Below, piece by piece: positions 29,793 through 37,692 of a stretch of DNA of 64,000 bases. The stretch lies in IMG/VR virus record IMGVR_UViG_3300006922_000005, one strand, 5' to 3'. Origin of the DNA: a virus. Its lineage: Duplodnaviria; Caudoviricetes. The notes beneath the pieces were generated by a model. That model searched no databases. It was given only the letters and a program-made list of their open reading frames with translations, and had not been told where the DNA came from. Made by a program: the position numbers and the translations under genes. Numbering within the stretch: the stretch's first letter is position 1; every line of letters begins with the position of its first letter.

Positions 29793-31238
29793 TTATTGCT
29801 GAACTACAGTGGTTGTTCCACAACCATTTGCGTTAACACAGGTTTGACTTATTGAGTATGTTTGATTAGTTGAACCTTGTTGTGTAAGGTCAAGTGTTGC
29901 ACTAAACCCTGACATAGATACTGAAGTGTTGTGCTGTCCACTTCCGTCTTGTGTTATGTCAACTGTTTGATCACTGCCAACAGCAATTTCTGCATAGTGT
30001 GAACCTGCACCTTGTTGATATAAGTCTATATCATTGTCATCACCTTGTACACTTAGAAATGCTTTTTTATCTCCGTCATTGAGTTGACTTGCTAAAACAT
30101 TATTGTTGTCACCATCTAAATCTAATGCAAAGAAGTGTCCATTAGTTCCTATACCATTGTTGTGATTTTGTGTAATGCTTGTTGTATTAGTGTCACCATT
30201 AATACTAAACTCAAGTCTATTATCGTCTGCACCTGACGTACTACCTTGATCAGCAGTTGTTGTATTAGAGTCGCCTGTAATATTAAACAACATAACATTA
30301 TTGTTGCCTTTTTGTTTGAGTGTAGTAGTGTTATTGTTTCCTACAATCTCTGCATGTATCAAACTGTTTGTTGTACTACCACCGCCTGCAATAAGATTGT
30401 CATTGCCATCTTGTACAATAGTTAAATCGTTGTTGTCTCCTACTTGCTCAATGTATACGCCGTTGCCACTGTGTGTTACTGCTCTTGATGTTGTTATCTG
30501 TGTAGTCTGTGCGTTGCTTATGCTTGATGTATATGTGGTTGTTGTTGCAACTAATCCTTCTTCTTGCAAGGCTCGATACAACAAATCATTCATGTTAGAC
30601 GCATATTGATGAGTTGAAAGAAACTGACCATAACCAAATGTTACATAAACTGAACCACCATTTGAACCATAATCCCATTTGTGCATAATAGGAATATTAT
30701 TATTACTAGATGAGTTAGCGGCTACAGTTTCACCACCAGTTACATTGTACATATATTTGTCTGAACCTGGTAAAGTATTTTCACTAGTTGTACTACTTGC
30801 ATAGTCACCTTTTCTTACTGAATAGTAACAAGTATTGCATCCGCCACCTTGAGTAAAACTACCTACGCCCATCTTAGTTTCAATCAGTGCTTCTATACTG
30901 TTATTTCTGTTGGTTGCTCCGTTGGATCCTACTATAAGTAATTTGCCGCCGCCACTTACATAAGTGTCATACACTGACTTACAGGTACTACCACAGTTTG
31001 AAGTGCCTGTCATATCAATAACTAAATCCTGGCCTGATACATCACTTGAACTAGTTGTGCCACTTGTGCTACCTGAAACAGTAAAGCCTGCATCTTCAAG
31101 TTCGCTTTTTAGATGTGTATATTGGTCTGAAGTAACACCATTTCTATAATATATAAAGGCATCATTTGCAGATGCTTGTATAGGCAATACTAATAATAAA
31201 AATAATATACTACTGTACTTGAATAATGTCAATTTCAT
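29793..31238 (-). CDS. Secreted protein with C-terminal curlin-like repeats
   Basis: Signal peptide; repeated (I/V).Q.G..N units in C-terminal half; distinct N-terminal globular domain. Confidence 0.75.
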   Translation of the reverse strand: MKLTLFKYSSILFLLLVLPIQASANDAFIYYRNGVTSDQYTHLKSELEDAGFTVSGSTSGTTSSSDVSGQDLVIDMTGTSNCGSTCKSVYDTYVSGGGKLLIVGSNGATNRNNSIEALIETKMGVGSFTQGGGCNTCYYSVRKGDYASSTTSENTLPGSDKYMYNVTGGETVAANSSSNNNIPIMHKWDYGSNGGSVYVTFGYGQFLSTHQYASNMNDLLYRALQEEGLVATTTTYTSSISNAQTTQITTSRAVTHSGNGVYIEQVGDNNDLTIVQDGNDNLIAGGGSTTNSLIHAEIVGNNNTTTLKQKGNNNVMLFNITGDSNTTTADQGSTSGADDNRLEFSINGDTNTTSITQNHNNGIGTNGHFFALDLDGDNNNVLASQLNDGDKKAFLSVQGDDNDIDLYQQGAGSHYAEIAVGSDQTVDITQDGSGQHNTSVSMSGFSATLDLTQQGSTNQTYSISQTCVNANGCGTTTVVQQ

Positions 31239-32325
31239 TTTGTCCATCTCCAAGTTGATAATCTCTGTATTCGAAATCATTTTGTTGCATATTAATATTA
31301 TAACCATACTGTTGATCTAAACGTAATTCATAAAAGTTTCCTAATCCATCATCACGTCTTAATACCCAGTCAGGGTTTTGATCATACAGTTCTATTCCTG
31401 TTTCAGGATCTTTACCTAACTGTATACCTTTTTGTCTCGAGTCTAATGCTCCACGCATTAATCTTGCTAACTGTTGATTAATTAAATCTAATACGTTTGC
31501 AAGAAAGTTTTGTTCTAAAAAATCTATGTCTAAGTCAGTCATCCAAATATCTTTAGTTTGTGAACCAAGATAGTCTGAATTAAGTTCGTCAAATTCTAAA
31601 AAGTCAAATCCTAAAAAGTCTGCAAGTTTCTCTGCTCTTATTCTTTCTTCTTCGTCTGATATTTCTACAGGCTTACGAATGATTAATAAGTTTCCAATTA
31701 AACTTTCGTCAATGTCTAACATTAAAGGTTTGAGAGGATTATTCTTTGATGTTTCAACTACTGTTGCCTGAAATGCTTGATTAAGAATTACAGTACCAAC
31801 ATCAGAACTTACTTCAATTTCTCCTACAACACAGATTGCTGTTTTTCCATTACCGGAGCAACTAGGTAATAATATAATTGTTGAACTTCCTGTTTCATCT
31901 ACAGTCATTGAAAAGTCTGTACCACGTACACCAATTACTGCCGTTGGAGTTTTAATCTTTACATTCTGTCTAGAGTTCTTAGCAATTTGTCCAGATGCGT
32001 ACCTAACTGTTCCAAATGACGCTTTTAGCGAAAGACTTCCTGTTGAAGTGTTAGGATCGTATACGAATTCATCAATAACCAGTTTACTGTTTTGTGTAAC
32101 ATCTACTCTTGTTTCATCTAAAAACTGAATTGCTGTTTTACCTTTTTGTGTTCTAATAGTGTCGTAACTTTCAACTCCAGAACCTTCTTCACTAAGGATT
32201 TTGTCGCCAGCCTTTCTTTCGATGGTCGTGGCTCCTACTTGCTCGATTACTTCGCCAATGCTGGCAAACGCACTCGAGGTTATAGCCGTGAATAATAGTA
32301 TAGTTGTTACGAACAGTCTATGCAC
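31210..32325 (-). CDS. Secreted FecR-domain protein
   Basis: Signal peptide; D.IRT..G...I.FLD.T.V.V..NS.LVID, IKTPTAVIGVRGTDF. Confidence 0.85.
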   Translation of the reverse strand: MHRLFVTTILLFTAITSSAFASIGEVIEQVGATTIERKAGDKILSEEGSGVESYDTIRTQKGKTAIQFLDETRVDVTQNSKLVIDEFVYDPNTSTGSLSLKASFGTVRYASGQIAKNSRQNVKIKTPTAVIGVRGTDFSMTVDETGSSTIILLPSCSGNGKTAICVVGEIEVSSDVGTVILNQAFQATVVETSKNNPLKPLMLDIDESLIGNLLIIRKPVEISDEEERIRAEKLADFLGFDFLEFDELNSDYLGSQTKDIWMTDLDIDFLEQNFLANVLDLINQQLARLMRGALDSRQKGIQLGKDPETGIELYDQNPDWVLRRDDGLGNFYELRLDQQYGYNINMQQNDFEYRDYQLGDGQNEIDIIQVQ

Positions 32326-32329
32326 AGGA

Positions 32330-33034
32330 TTAGTCGTCCTGCGTTATGTCGATTTCAGCACCGTCACCATTAGTGGTTAAACTGATTATATTATCATACA
32401 ATCCACTTTGTGTAATGTTGATAAGTCCGCCATCTCCTGTATGACTATGTGTTAAAGTGTGTCCGTTAACATCGCCGTCATCATTAATATCAATAACTGC
32501 TGTATTACCTGCACTACCTTGACTATTTGAAATGTCGATATCTGCTATTGCACTTTTACCGTCTACTGTTAATGTAACTGTTTCTGATGCACCACTTGTG
32601 ATATCTATTGTACCAGTGAAGTTTTCTGCGTCTGCCGCTTCACCTACACTCACATTAATATCTGCACTTGATCCTGTTATGTCAATACTTAAACTTACAG
32701 TATCACAGTTTCCTGCTCCTGCACTATCACAGAGTAATGCTACATCATTACTGTTACCAGTAAGATCAATATTACCTGTGTAAGTTACACCTTTAACTAT
32801 TGCTGATACAACGTTAGCACCACCAATTTGGTCAATGTTAAACGTCATAGCGTTACCAGTAAGAGTCACTCCAGTTTGTGCTGTACCAATTACGTTGTTT
32901 TGTCCGTCTTGTGATATATCTAAATCTAAATTGTTACCCGACTGTTGAATGTATATGTCATTCGCAAATCCAGACCCAACTGAGAAAAAGAATAATACAA
33001 AACCCATCATTATATATTTTACTTTATTTTGCAT
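32330..33034 (-). CDS. Curlin-like secreted repeat protein (CsgA/B-like)
   Basis: Signal peptide; NDIYIQQSG.N.DLDISQDG.NN repeats. Confidence 0.7.
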   Translation of the reverse strand: MQNKVKYIMMGFVLFFFSVGSGFANDIYIQQSGNNLDLDISQDGQNNVIGTAQTGVTLTGNAMTFNIDQIGGANVVSAIVKGVTYTGNIDLTGNSNDVALLCDSAGAGNCDTVSLSIDITGSSADINVSVGEAADAENFTGTIDITSGASETVTLTVDGKSAIADIDISNSQGSAGNTAVIDINDDGDVNGHTLTHSHTGDGGLINITQSGLYDNIISLTTNGDGAEIDITQDD

Positions 33035-33051
33035 TCTCGCTCCTTGTTCTT

Positions 33052-33879
33052 TTAATGAAGATGTCGTCCTTCTGAAGTTATTTCTTTTCCTTTATACTTC
33101 CAAAGTTCGCCTTCTTCGCCTTTCTTTACTATTTCTCCTACACATGCCTCTATTGCGGCTCTAACTGCGTAGTTGGTAGGTTCATTGACCGCGGAACCCG
33201 TTTCTAATTCTAACGCTTTCGTTCCAAGATCTAAAAACCTAAATACATCTGCTCCAGACTTGTGACTTGCTATTGTTTTCTCACAGGCTACAGTAAGTAA
33301 TACTTCACCTGTTTGAACACTTACAATTCGCATTGCCACTGTTACTTGATCAGTTCGGTAACTTGTGTTAGCGCCGATACCAAAATATCTTGCTCCAACT
33401 CCGCCACTAGTTGTATTTGAATCATAGCCTACTACGCCACCTTCTAATAACAACCCTGCAAATAACATAGGTTTCAACTTAACTGCCTCTTTGCCTTCAA
33501 ATACTTCCCTTGTTGATCTTATCAATTGCCTTTCTTTAACCAAGTTATCTAAGCCTACACGTTCTACAACGGTAAACCAAGAACCCCCTCCTACCTTCTG
33601 AAGTGCGTTAATAACCCAAACTTCAGACCCTTGCGTTACCGCACTAGACAACTGACTAAAATTGTCACTTGGTTTTCGTTGTCCAGTTTTGTCCTGAAAA
33701 CTATAAACCGCTATAGTAATTTTAGGACCATCAAGTTTTGGCATTGCAACTAAAGTATCCTGTATGGGAGAGCGTGCCTCGGTTGGACTGCTCCAGTTTA
33801 CTTTTGCTGTTTGTGTAGCACACCCGTTTAAAAACGTCATTGCCAAAAACCCAATTATTAAAAATCTTATGCCTCTCAT
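33052..33879 (-). CDS. csgG: Curli secretion channel lipoprotein
   Basis: Lipobox LNGC; AVYSFQDKTGQRKP, FTVVERVGLDNLVKERQLIR, GGVVGYDSN. Confidence 0.93.
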   Translation of the reverse strand: MRGIRFLIIGFLAMTFLNGCATQTAKVNWSSPTEARSPIQDTLVAMPKLDGPKITIAVYSFQDKTGQRKPSDNFSQLSSAVTQGSEVWVINALQKVGGGSWFTVVERVGLDNLVKERQLIRSTREVFEGKEAVKLKPMLFAGLLLEGGVVGYDSNTTSGGVGARYFGIGANTSYRTDQVTVAMRIVSVQTGEVLLTVACEKTIASHKSGADVFRFLDLGTKALELETGSAVNEPTNYAVRAAIEACVGEIVKKGEEGELWKYKGKEITSEGRHLH

Positions 33880-33882
33880 ATT

Positions 33883-34332
33883 TTAGAATCCAAATCCGCT
33901 CAATGGAACAACAATCTCTGTAGTGCTACCGTCTTCTTCTGTAATTAGAAGTGTAATAGTATCAGACGTTGTATCCTTTACCCAGTAAATCGTAGCACCT
34001 TCAATAGTTGCAGTTCCGGAACTGTCTCCGTCATCAGTAAACATATTGTCAACTAATTGTTTAGACAGTTGAGCATAGATTCGAGATTCTATGTTGTTTA
34101 AAAACTTTGCTAAGGTAGTGCTATCTGCTTCACGTTTGGCTTTAGCCGCATCGGCCGCCGCTTTTTCTTCTGCTTCTTTCTTTCGAGTAAACTGTAACTG
34201 TTCAATTGACAGTACATGATTACTATATCCTGATCCATTAAAAGATGGATTTTTAAAAGTGAATACTTGTTCGCTCGCTCCAGCCGTACCAATAAGACAG
34301 ACGAACAATGTAGTCGTGACTATGTTTTTCAT
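33883..34332 (-). CDS. csgF: Curli assembly protein
   Basis: Signal peptide then F.FKNPSFNG.G; position upstream of csgG. Confidence 0.85.
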   Translation of the reverse strand: MKNIVTTTLFVCLIGTAGASEQVFTFKNPSFNGSGYSNHVLSIEQLQFTRKKEAEEKAAADAAKAKREADSTTLAKFLNNIESRIYAQLSKQLVDNMFTDDGDSSGTATIEGATIYWVKDTTSDTITLLITEEDGSTTEIVVPLSGFGF

Positions 34333-34444
34333 TTTCTGCTCTCCCATTGATATTTACCGCGATCTCTATTAAATACGCATAGTAAAGTAATTACAGTATT
34401 ATTTACTGTAAAATTTTTTACGATTAACCAGGAGTATTTAACCA

Positions 34445-34702
34445 ATGACAGCACAATCAGAGTCTGAACAGCAACTACAATCTAGAAAAGAGCAAGATGC
34501 TTTATATGAAATTTTTAGTGTAATATGGCCCCATGATCCTGATCCTGTAAAATGTGATCTCAACGACGAATTAAGCAGTCTGGAAAAGGTATTAGTTCAA
34601 GATGCAATGCGAAGTGTTAATAATAACAAAACCAAAGCGGCTAGTTTACTCAATATTAGCAGAGAAAATTTAATTTATAAACTTAAGAAGATTGCAGAAT
34701 AG
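34445..34702 (+). CDS. Stand-alone Fis-type HTH protein
   Basis: LEKVLVQDAMRSVNNNKTKAASLLNISRENLIYKLKK; AGGAG SD. Confidence 0.8.
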   Translation: MTAQSESEQQLQSRKEQDALYEIFSVIWPHDPDPVKCDLNDELSSLEKVLVQDAMRSVNNNKTKAASLLNISRENLIYKLKKIAE

Positions 34703-35132
34703 CATTTGTAGCATCTACTAATTCTTGTGTAGAAAACTTAAACCTATCTTTTTCAGGTAATAGTGCTGGTGTTAGAGCATGTTCTCGATCAAGATATTTG
34801 TATTCCATTTTAACGGGGTTGTAGTATTCTTCAACCCACTCAAACACTGTACGTGGATCAAATGCTCCACAAGTATAAACATCTAATTGTATTAATGCAG
34901 GATCTGTTTCATCCCAACTATGTAATACAATGTGACTGGTTTCTATAATTGCGGCAACTGTTAATCCTCGGTTGCCTTCCATTTCAACATACTTGGCAAA
35001 AGGACCCATAAGCACTTTCATGCCTATGCGATCAATCAGAGTTTGTATTTGATTACTTGCTGTGTTTTCGTTTGTAGGCGGATTAAGTACTTCCGCTCTT
35101 ATTATCACATGCTTATGCACGAGTGGTTTCAC
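34683..35132 (-). CDS. speD: S-adenosylmethionine decarboxylase proenzyme
   Basis: IIETSHIVLHSW.E, LDVYTCG; GTG start with TAAGTA-N5. Confidence 0.85.
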   Translation of the reverse strand: MKPLVHKHVIIRAEVLNPPTNENTASNQIQTLIDRIGMKVLMGPFAKYVEMEGNRGLTVAAIIETSHIVLHSWDETDPALIQLDVYTCGAFDPRTVFEWVEEYYNPVKMEYKYLDREHALTPALLPEKDRFKFSTQELVDATNAILQSS

Positions 35133-35154
35133 TCGACTACTTATATTTGTTAGT

Positions 35155-35229
35155 TGGTAGTCCCTAGGAGAATCGAACTCCTCTTTGCGAGATGAAAACC
35201 CGCTGTCCTAACCGATAGACGAAGGGACC
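35155..35229 (-). tRNA. tRNA-Glu (TTC)
   Basis: Cloverleaf, anticodon loop TTTTCAT, CCA. Confidence 0.92.
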
Positions 35230-35249
35230 TTAATTTTTTAATTATTAAC

Positions 35250-35278
35250 AGTATAGCACCAAAGCACTATACTGTCAA
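35250..35278 (-). promoter_or_regulatory. Sigma70-type promoter for tRNA-Glu
   Basis: TTGACA-17-TATACT. Confidence 0.75.
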
Positions 35279-35799
35279 CCTTTTCTAACCTCATCAATGT
35301 GTATAGGTGTAAAATTAATTTGTTCTACACAAACACACTTGTAAGGACCATCTGGACTAGGATTGCTATGTATATGTCCATGAGCGTTTATCCCAGGTCC
35401 GTTATCACCCCATCTATGTCTTTCTTCAAGAGTACTTGCATGTAATGGAGTATGAGTACAAATAACACCAGGTAACTCAATCCACAACTGTATATCCTTA
35501 AAGAACGGAGCAACATGTTTTACATTGTCATGGTTTCCAAGAACAAGTCTTTTCTTACCAGGTAACTTTGCAAAGTTTGCTTCTAACCATTCTACTTTGT
35601 TTTCACCAAACAATACATCACCTAAGTGTATAACTGTGTCCTGAGGCTTAACAGTATTTGTCCAGTTATCTAACATTGTTTGGTTCATTTCATCTACGTT
35701 AGAAAAAGGTCTGATAGATCTACCACCTTGTGTAAATTCAAGGATCTTACTGTGATTGAAATGTGTATCACTTATTAACCATATATCTTTTGCCATCAT
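35275..35799 (-). CDS. Calcineurin-like metallophosphoesterase
   Basis: SDTH, HLGD, GNHD, H.P, HGHIH motifs. Confidence 0.88.
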   Translation of the reverse strand: MMAKDIWLISDTHFNHSKILEFTQGGRSIRPFSNVDEMNQTMLDNWTNTVKPQDTVIHLGDVLFGENKVEWLEANFAKLPGKKRLVLGNHDNVKHVAPFFKDIQLWIELPGVICTHTPLHASTLEERHRWGDNGPGINAHGHIHSNPSPDGPYKCVCVEQINFTPIHIDEVRKG

Positions 35800-35822
35800 A
35801 TTCTCCTAACTAACTTATATAC

Positions 35823-35851
35823 ATTATAACATCGGTAATACCAGATGTCAA
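35823..35851 (-). promoter_or_regulatory. Consensus sigma70 promoter for the phosphoesterase
   Basis: TTGACA-17-TATAAT. Confidence 0.85.
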
Positions 35852-35859
35852 CCAAAAAT

Positions 35860-35933
35860 TGGAGTGGACGACAGGAATCGAACCTGTATACATGGATTTG
35901 CAATCCACTGCGTAACCATTCCGCCACGCCCAC
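35860..35933 (-). tRNA. tRNA-Cys (GCA)
   Basis: Anticodon loop TTGCAAA, U73, CCA. Confidence 0.94.
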
Positions 35934-35937
35934 AAAT

Positions 35938-36011
35938 TGGCATAGGTGGAGGGAATCGAACCCCCATTAACTGGTTTGGAATCAGTTGTGTTACCATTAC
36001 ACCACACCCAT
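35938..36011 (-). tRNA. tRNA-Trp (CCA)
   Basis: A1-U72, G73, anticodon loop TTCCAAA, CCA. Confidence 0.9.
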
Positions 36012-36048
36012 AAAAAAACCCCCGTAAGCATTATAACTCCGGGGGTCT
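36012..36048 (-). terminator. Intrinsic terminator (attenuator) abutting the 5' end of tRNA-Trp
   Basis: AGACCCCCG...CGGGGGT followed by a U-tract. Confidence 0.85.
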
Positions 36049-36071
36049 AAAATTCATTGCTGAACAACTGC

Positions 36072-36137
36072 CTACAAGACACTCCCGGGTGGTTCACAAC
36101 CACACCATTCATAATTATTTGTATACTTCGTATTCAT
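36072..36137 (-). CDS. Putative attenuator leader peptide MNTKYTNNYEWCGCEPPGSVL
   Basis: AAGGA SD, ATG 36137, TAG 36074-36072; lies between promoter and terminator; W/C codons match downstream tRNAs. Confidence 0.7.
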   Translation of the reverse strand: MNTKYTNNYEWCGCEPPGSVL

Positions 36138-36164
36138 TGTTCGCTTTCCTTATTAACTTTTTAC

Positions 36165-36193
36165 AGTATATTATCTTTTTGTCGTATTGTCAA
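36165..36193 (-). promoter_or_regulatory. Sigma70 promoter of leader-tRNA-Trp-tRNA-Cys unit
   Basis: TTGACA-17-TATACT. Confidence 0.8.
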
Positions 36194-36431
36194 CCACAAA
36201 TGCTTTAATTTTGTTAAAATTATTTGTAGTTTGTTCTTTACCTTCTTGCCAACTATTTTTTTGGTATTCTACTATATCTGCCCATTCGCTGATTACCCAG
36301 TTATTTATTTTTTCAACAATAACAGGTTTCTTCTTAGGTGTTAATGTTTCATCAGCACCTGCTGTTGTAACAAGAAGTACAAATAATATTGTTATACTTG
36401 CTACGATTGTTAATAGTGTCTTAGTTGTCAT
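36171..36431 (-). CDS. Exported/membrane-anchored hypothetical protein
   Basis: N-terminal hydrophobic signal; AAGGA SD. Confidence 0.6.
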   Translation of the reverse strand: MTTKTLLTIVASITILFVLLVTTAGADETLTPKKKPVIVEKINNWVISEWADIVEYQKNSWQEGKEQTTNNFNKIKAFVVDNTTKR

Positions 36432-36451
36432 ATATTCCTTTTGTTAGTTTT

Positions 36452-36528
36452 TGGCCTGCTCGGGAGGACTCGAACCTCCGACCTTTGGTTCCGCAAACCA
36501 ATGTTCTATCCGGCTGAACTACGAGCAG
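36452..36528 (-). tRNA. tRNA-Arg (anticodon GCG)
   Basis: CTGCTCG/CGAGCAG acceptor, TTGGT/ACCAA stem, loop TTGCGGA, CCA. Confidence 0.92.
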
Positions 36529-36550
36529 TTTTTGTTTCATATATAACTTA

Positions 36551-36579
36551 ACTATATATGGTAAAACCGTTTTTGTCAA
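36551..36579 (-). promoter_or_regulatory. Sigma70 promoter for tRNA-Arg(GCG)
   Basis: TTGACA-17-TATAGT. Confidence 0.75.
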
Positions 36580-36597
36580 CCAGATTTTTAATCCAAT

Positions 36598-36792
36598 TTA
36601 ATATGTACAAGTAAGTTCAGCACCTGGATTAACATGACGTTCAACTTCGTCAATCAAACTCTTTTCATCTGAATCGCTTGGTGCTTGGGGATTTTTATTT
36701 TGGGTTACTGTTGGTTTAGCATTACAGTTGTCCAATTTGAATGTGCAAGATATAAGGAATATCGCAATGAATATCAGCAGTGTGTAACGCAT
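36598..36792 (-). CDS. Small putative lipoprotein
   Basis: MRYTLLIFIAIFLISC lipobox. Confidence 0.55.
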   Translation of the reverse strand: MRYTLLIFIAIFLISCTFKLDNCNAKPTVTQNKNPQAPSDSDEKSLIDEVERHVNPGAELTCTY

Positions 36793-36800
36793 GGTTGTAT

Positions 36801-37427
36801 TTATTTGTACTTTGGTCCTAATGCCCAAACTACCATGCTTTTTCTTGTACCTTCTGTAACTGGTAAAACTCTATGAGGCACTGTTGAACTAAAAATAACC
36901 ATGTCTCCAATTCCGCCTAGTTTCACAATTTCTGTTTTGCGTTCGTTGTGTTCCATGCCACCGTCTAATTCAAATCCTCCACCTGTGTATTCGGTTGGAT
37001 CGTTCATTAGTATAGTTGCACTTAATTTTCTTAACTTACCCGGAAAGGCAGTATCGTCACCATATGGCCACGGGTGGGCATCATAGTGCCAATCGTAGTG
37101 TCCCTGCTCATGCCCGTGATATTCAGTGTATTGACAATCTTCAAATTGATCAATGTGTAAATCCCATTGACATTCTTGATTAGCAGTTACGAACATCTGT
37201 TGTAAACGTTCGTATATCCACGGTTCTTGGAAGAACCAAAGATCGCTTCTGCGTATGTCTGCATTTGGAATGCCACTAAACGTTTCTTCATGGGCAGGGT
37301 CTTTAGTTTGAAATCCAGTCATACCTCGTTGGTTATGACCTAGTTTAGCCAACCGTTCTATTTCTTTACACTCATCTGGTGTAAAAACTTTTAAGTAAGT
37401 TTGAAATAGAATAGGTGAGTTAAGCAT
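36801..37427 (-). CDS. 2OG-Fe(II) oxygenase (prolyl-hydroxylase-like)
   Basis: YDWHYD, RKLSATI, Y.GG.F, PHRV.PVT.GTR.S. Confidence 0.88.
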   Translation of the reverse strand: MLNSPILFQTYLKVFTPDECKEIERLAKLGHNQRGMTGFQTKDPAHEETFSGIPNADIRRSDLWFFQEPWIYERLQQMFVTANQECQWDLHIDQFEDCQYTEYHGHEQGHYDWHYDAHPWPYGDDTAFPGKLRKLSATILMNDPTEYTGGGFELDGGMEHNERKTEIVKLGGIGDMVIFSSTVPHRVLPVTEGTRKSMVVWALGPKYK

Positions 37428-37627
37428 TAGAAGTACTTGTTAAGCATTTCAAGTCTGTCGTGTGCAGTTGCCATTTTATCTAACTCTTTTTGAATAGTTT
37501 CGATAATATCGCTATGCTCGCCGATGCCTACGACTTGTTGCATGTATACTTCAATATTTGCTTTGTGCAGATCAATTTCTGCTTCGGCATGTTTCTTAGC
37601 CGCTGAGATCAATATTTCTTTCAACAT
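37427..37627 (-). CDS. Conserved-type small phage protein
   Basis: ANIEVY...VGIGEH pattern; SD; promoter upstream. Confidence 0.65.
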   Translation of the reverse strand: MLKEILISAAKKHAEAEIDLHKANIEVYMQQVVGIGEHSDIIETIQKELDKMATAHDRLEMLNKYF

Positions 37628-37659
37628 AAATTCCTTCCTTGTGTGTTAGCGTTGCTTAC

Positions 37660-37688
37660 ACTATACTTATTTTAGATTAAAAAGTCAA
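37660..37688 (-). promoter_or_regulatory. Sigma70-type promoter
   Basis: TTGACT-17-TATAGT. Confidence 0.7.
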
Positions 37689-37692
37689 CCTT

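Noticed and set aside
36029-36040. TATAAT in the terminator loop as an independent tRNA-Trp promoter
   Set aside because: No -35 hexamer at 16-18 nt (AATGAA) and no extended -10 TG. It cannot be fully excluded without TSS data.
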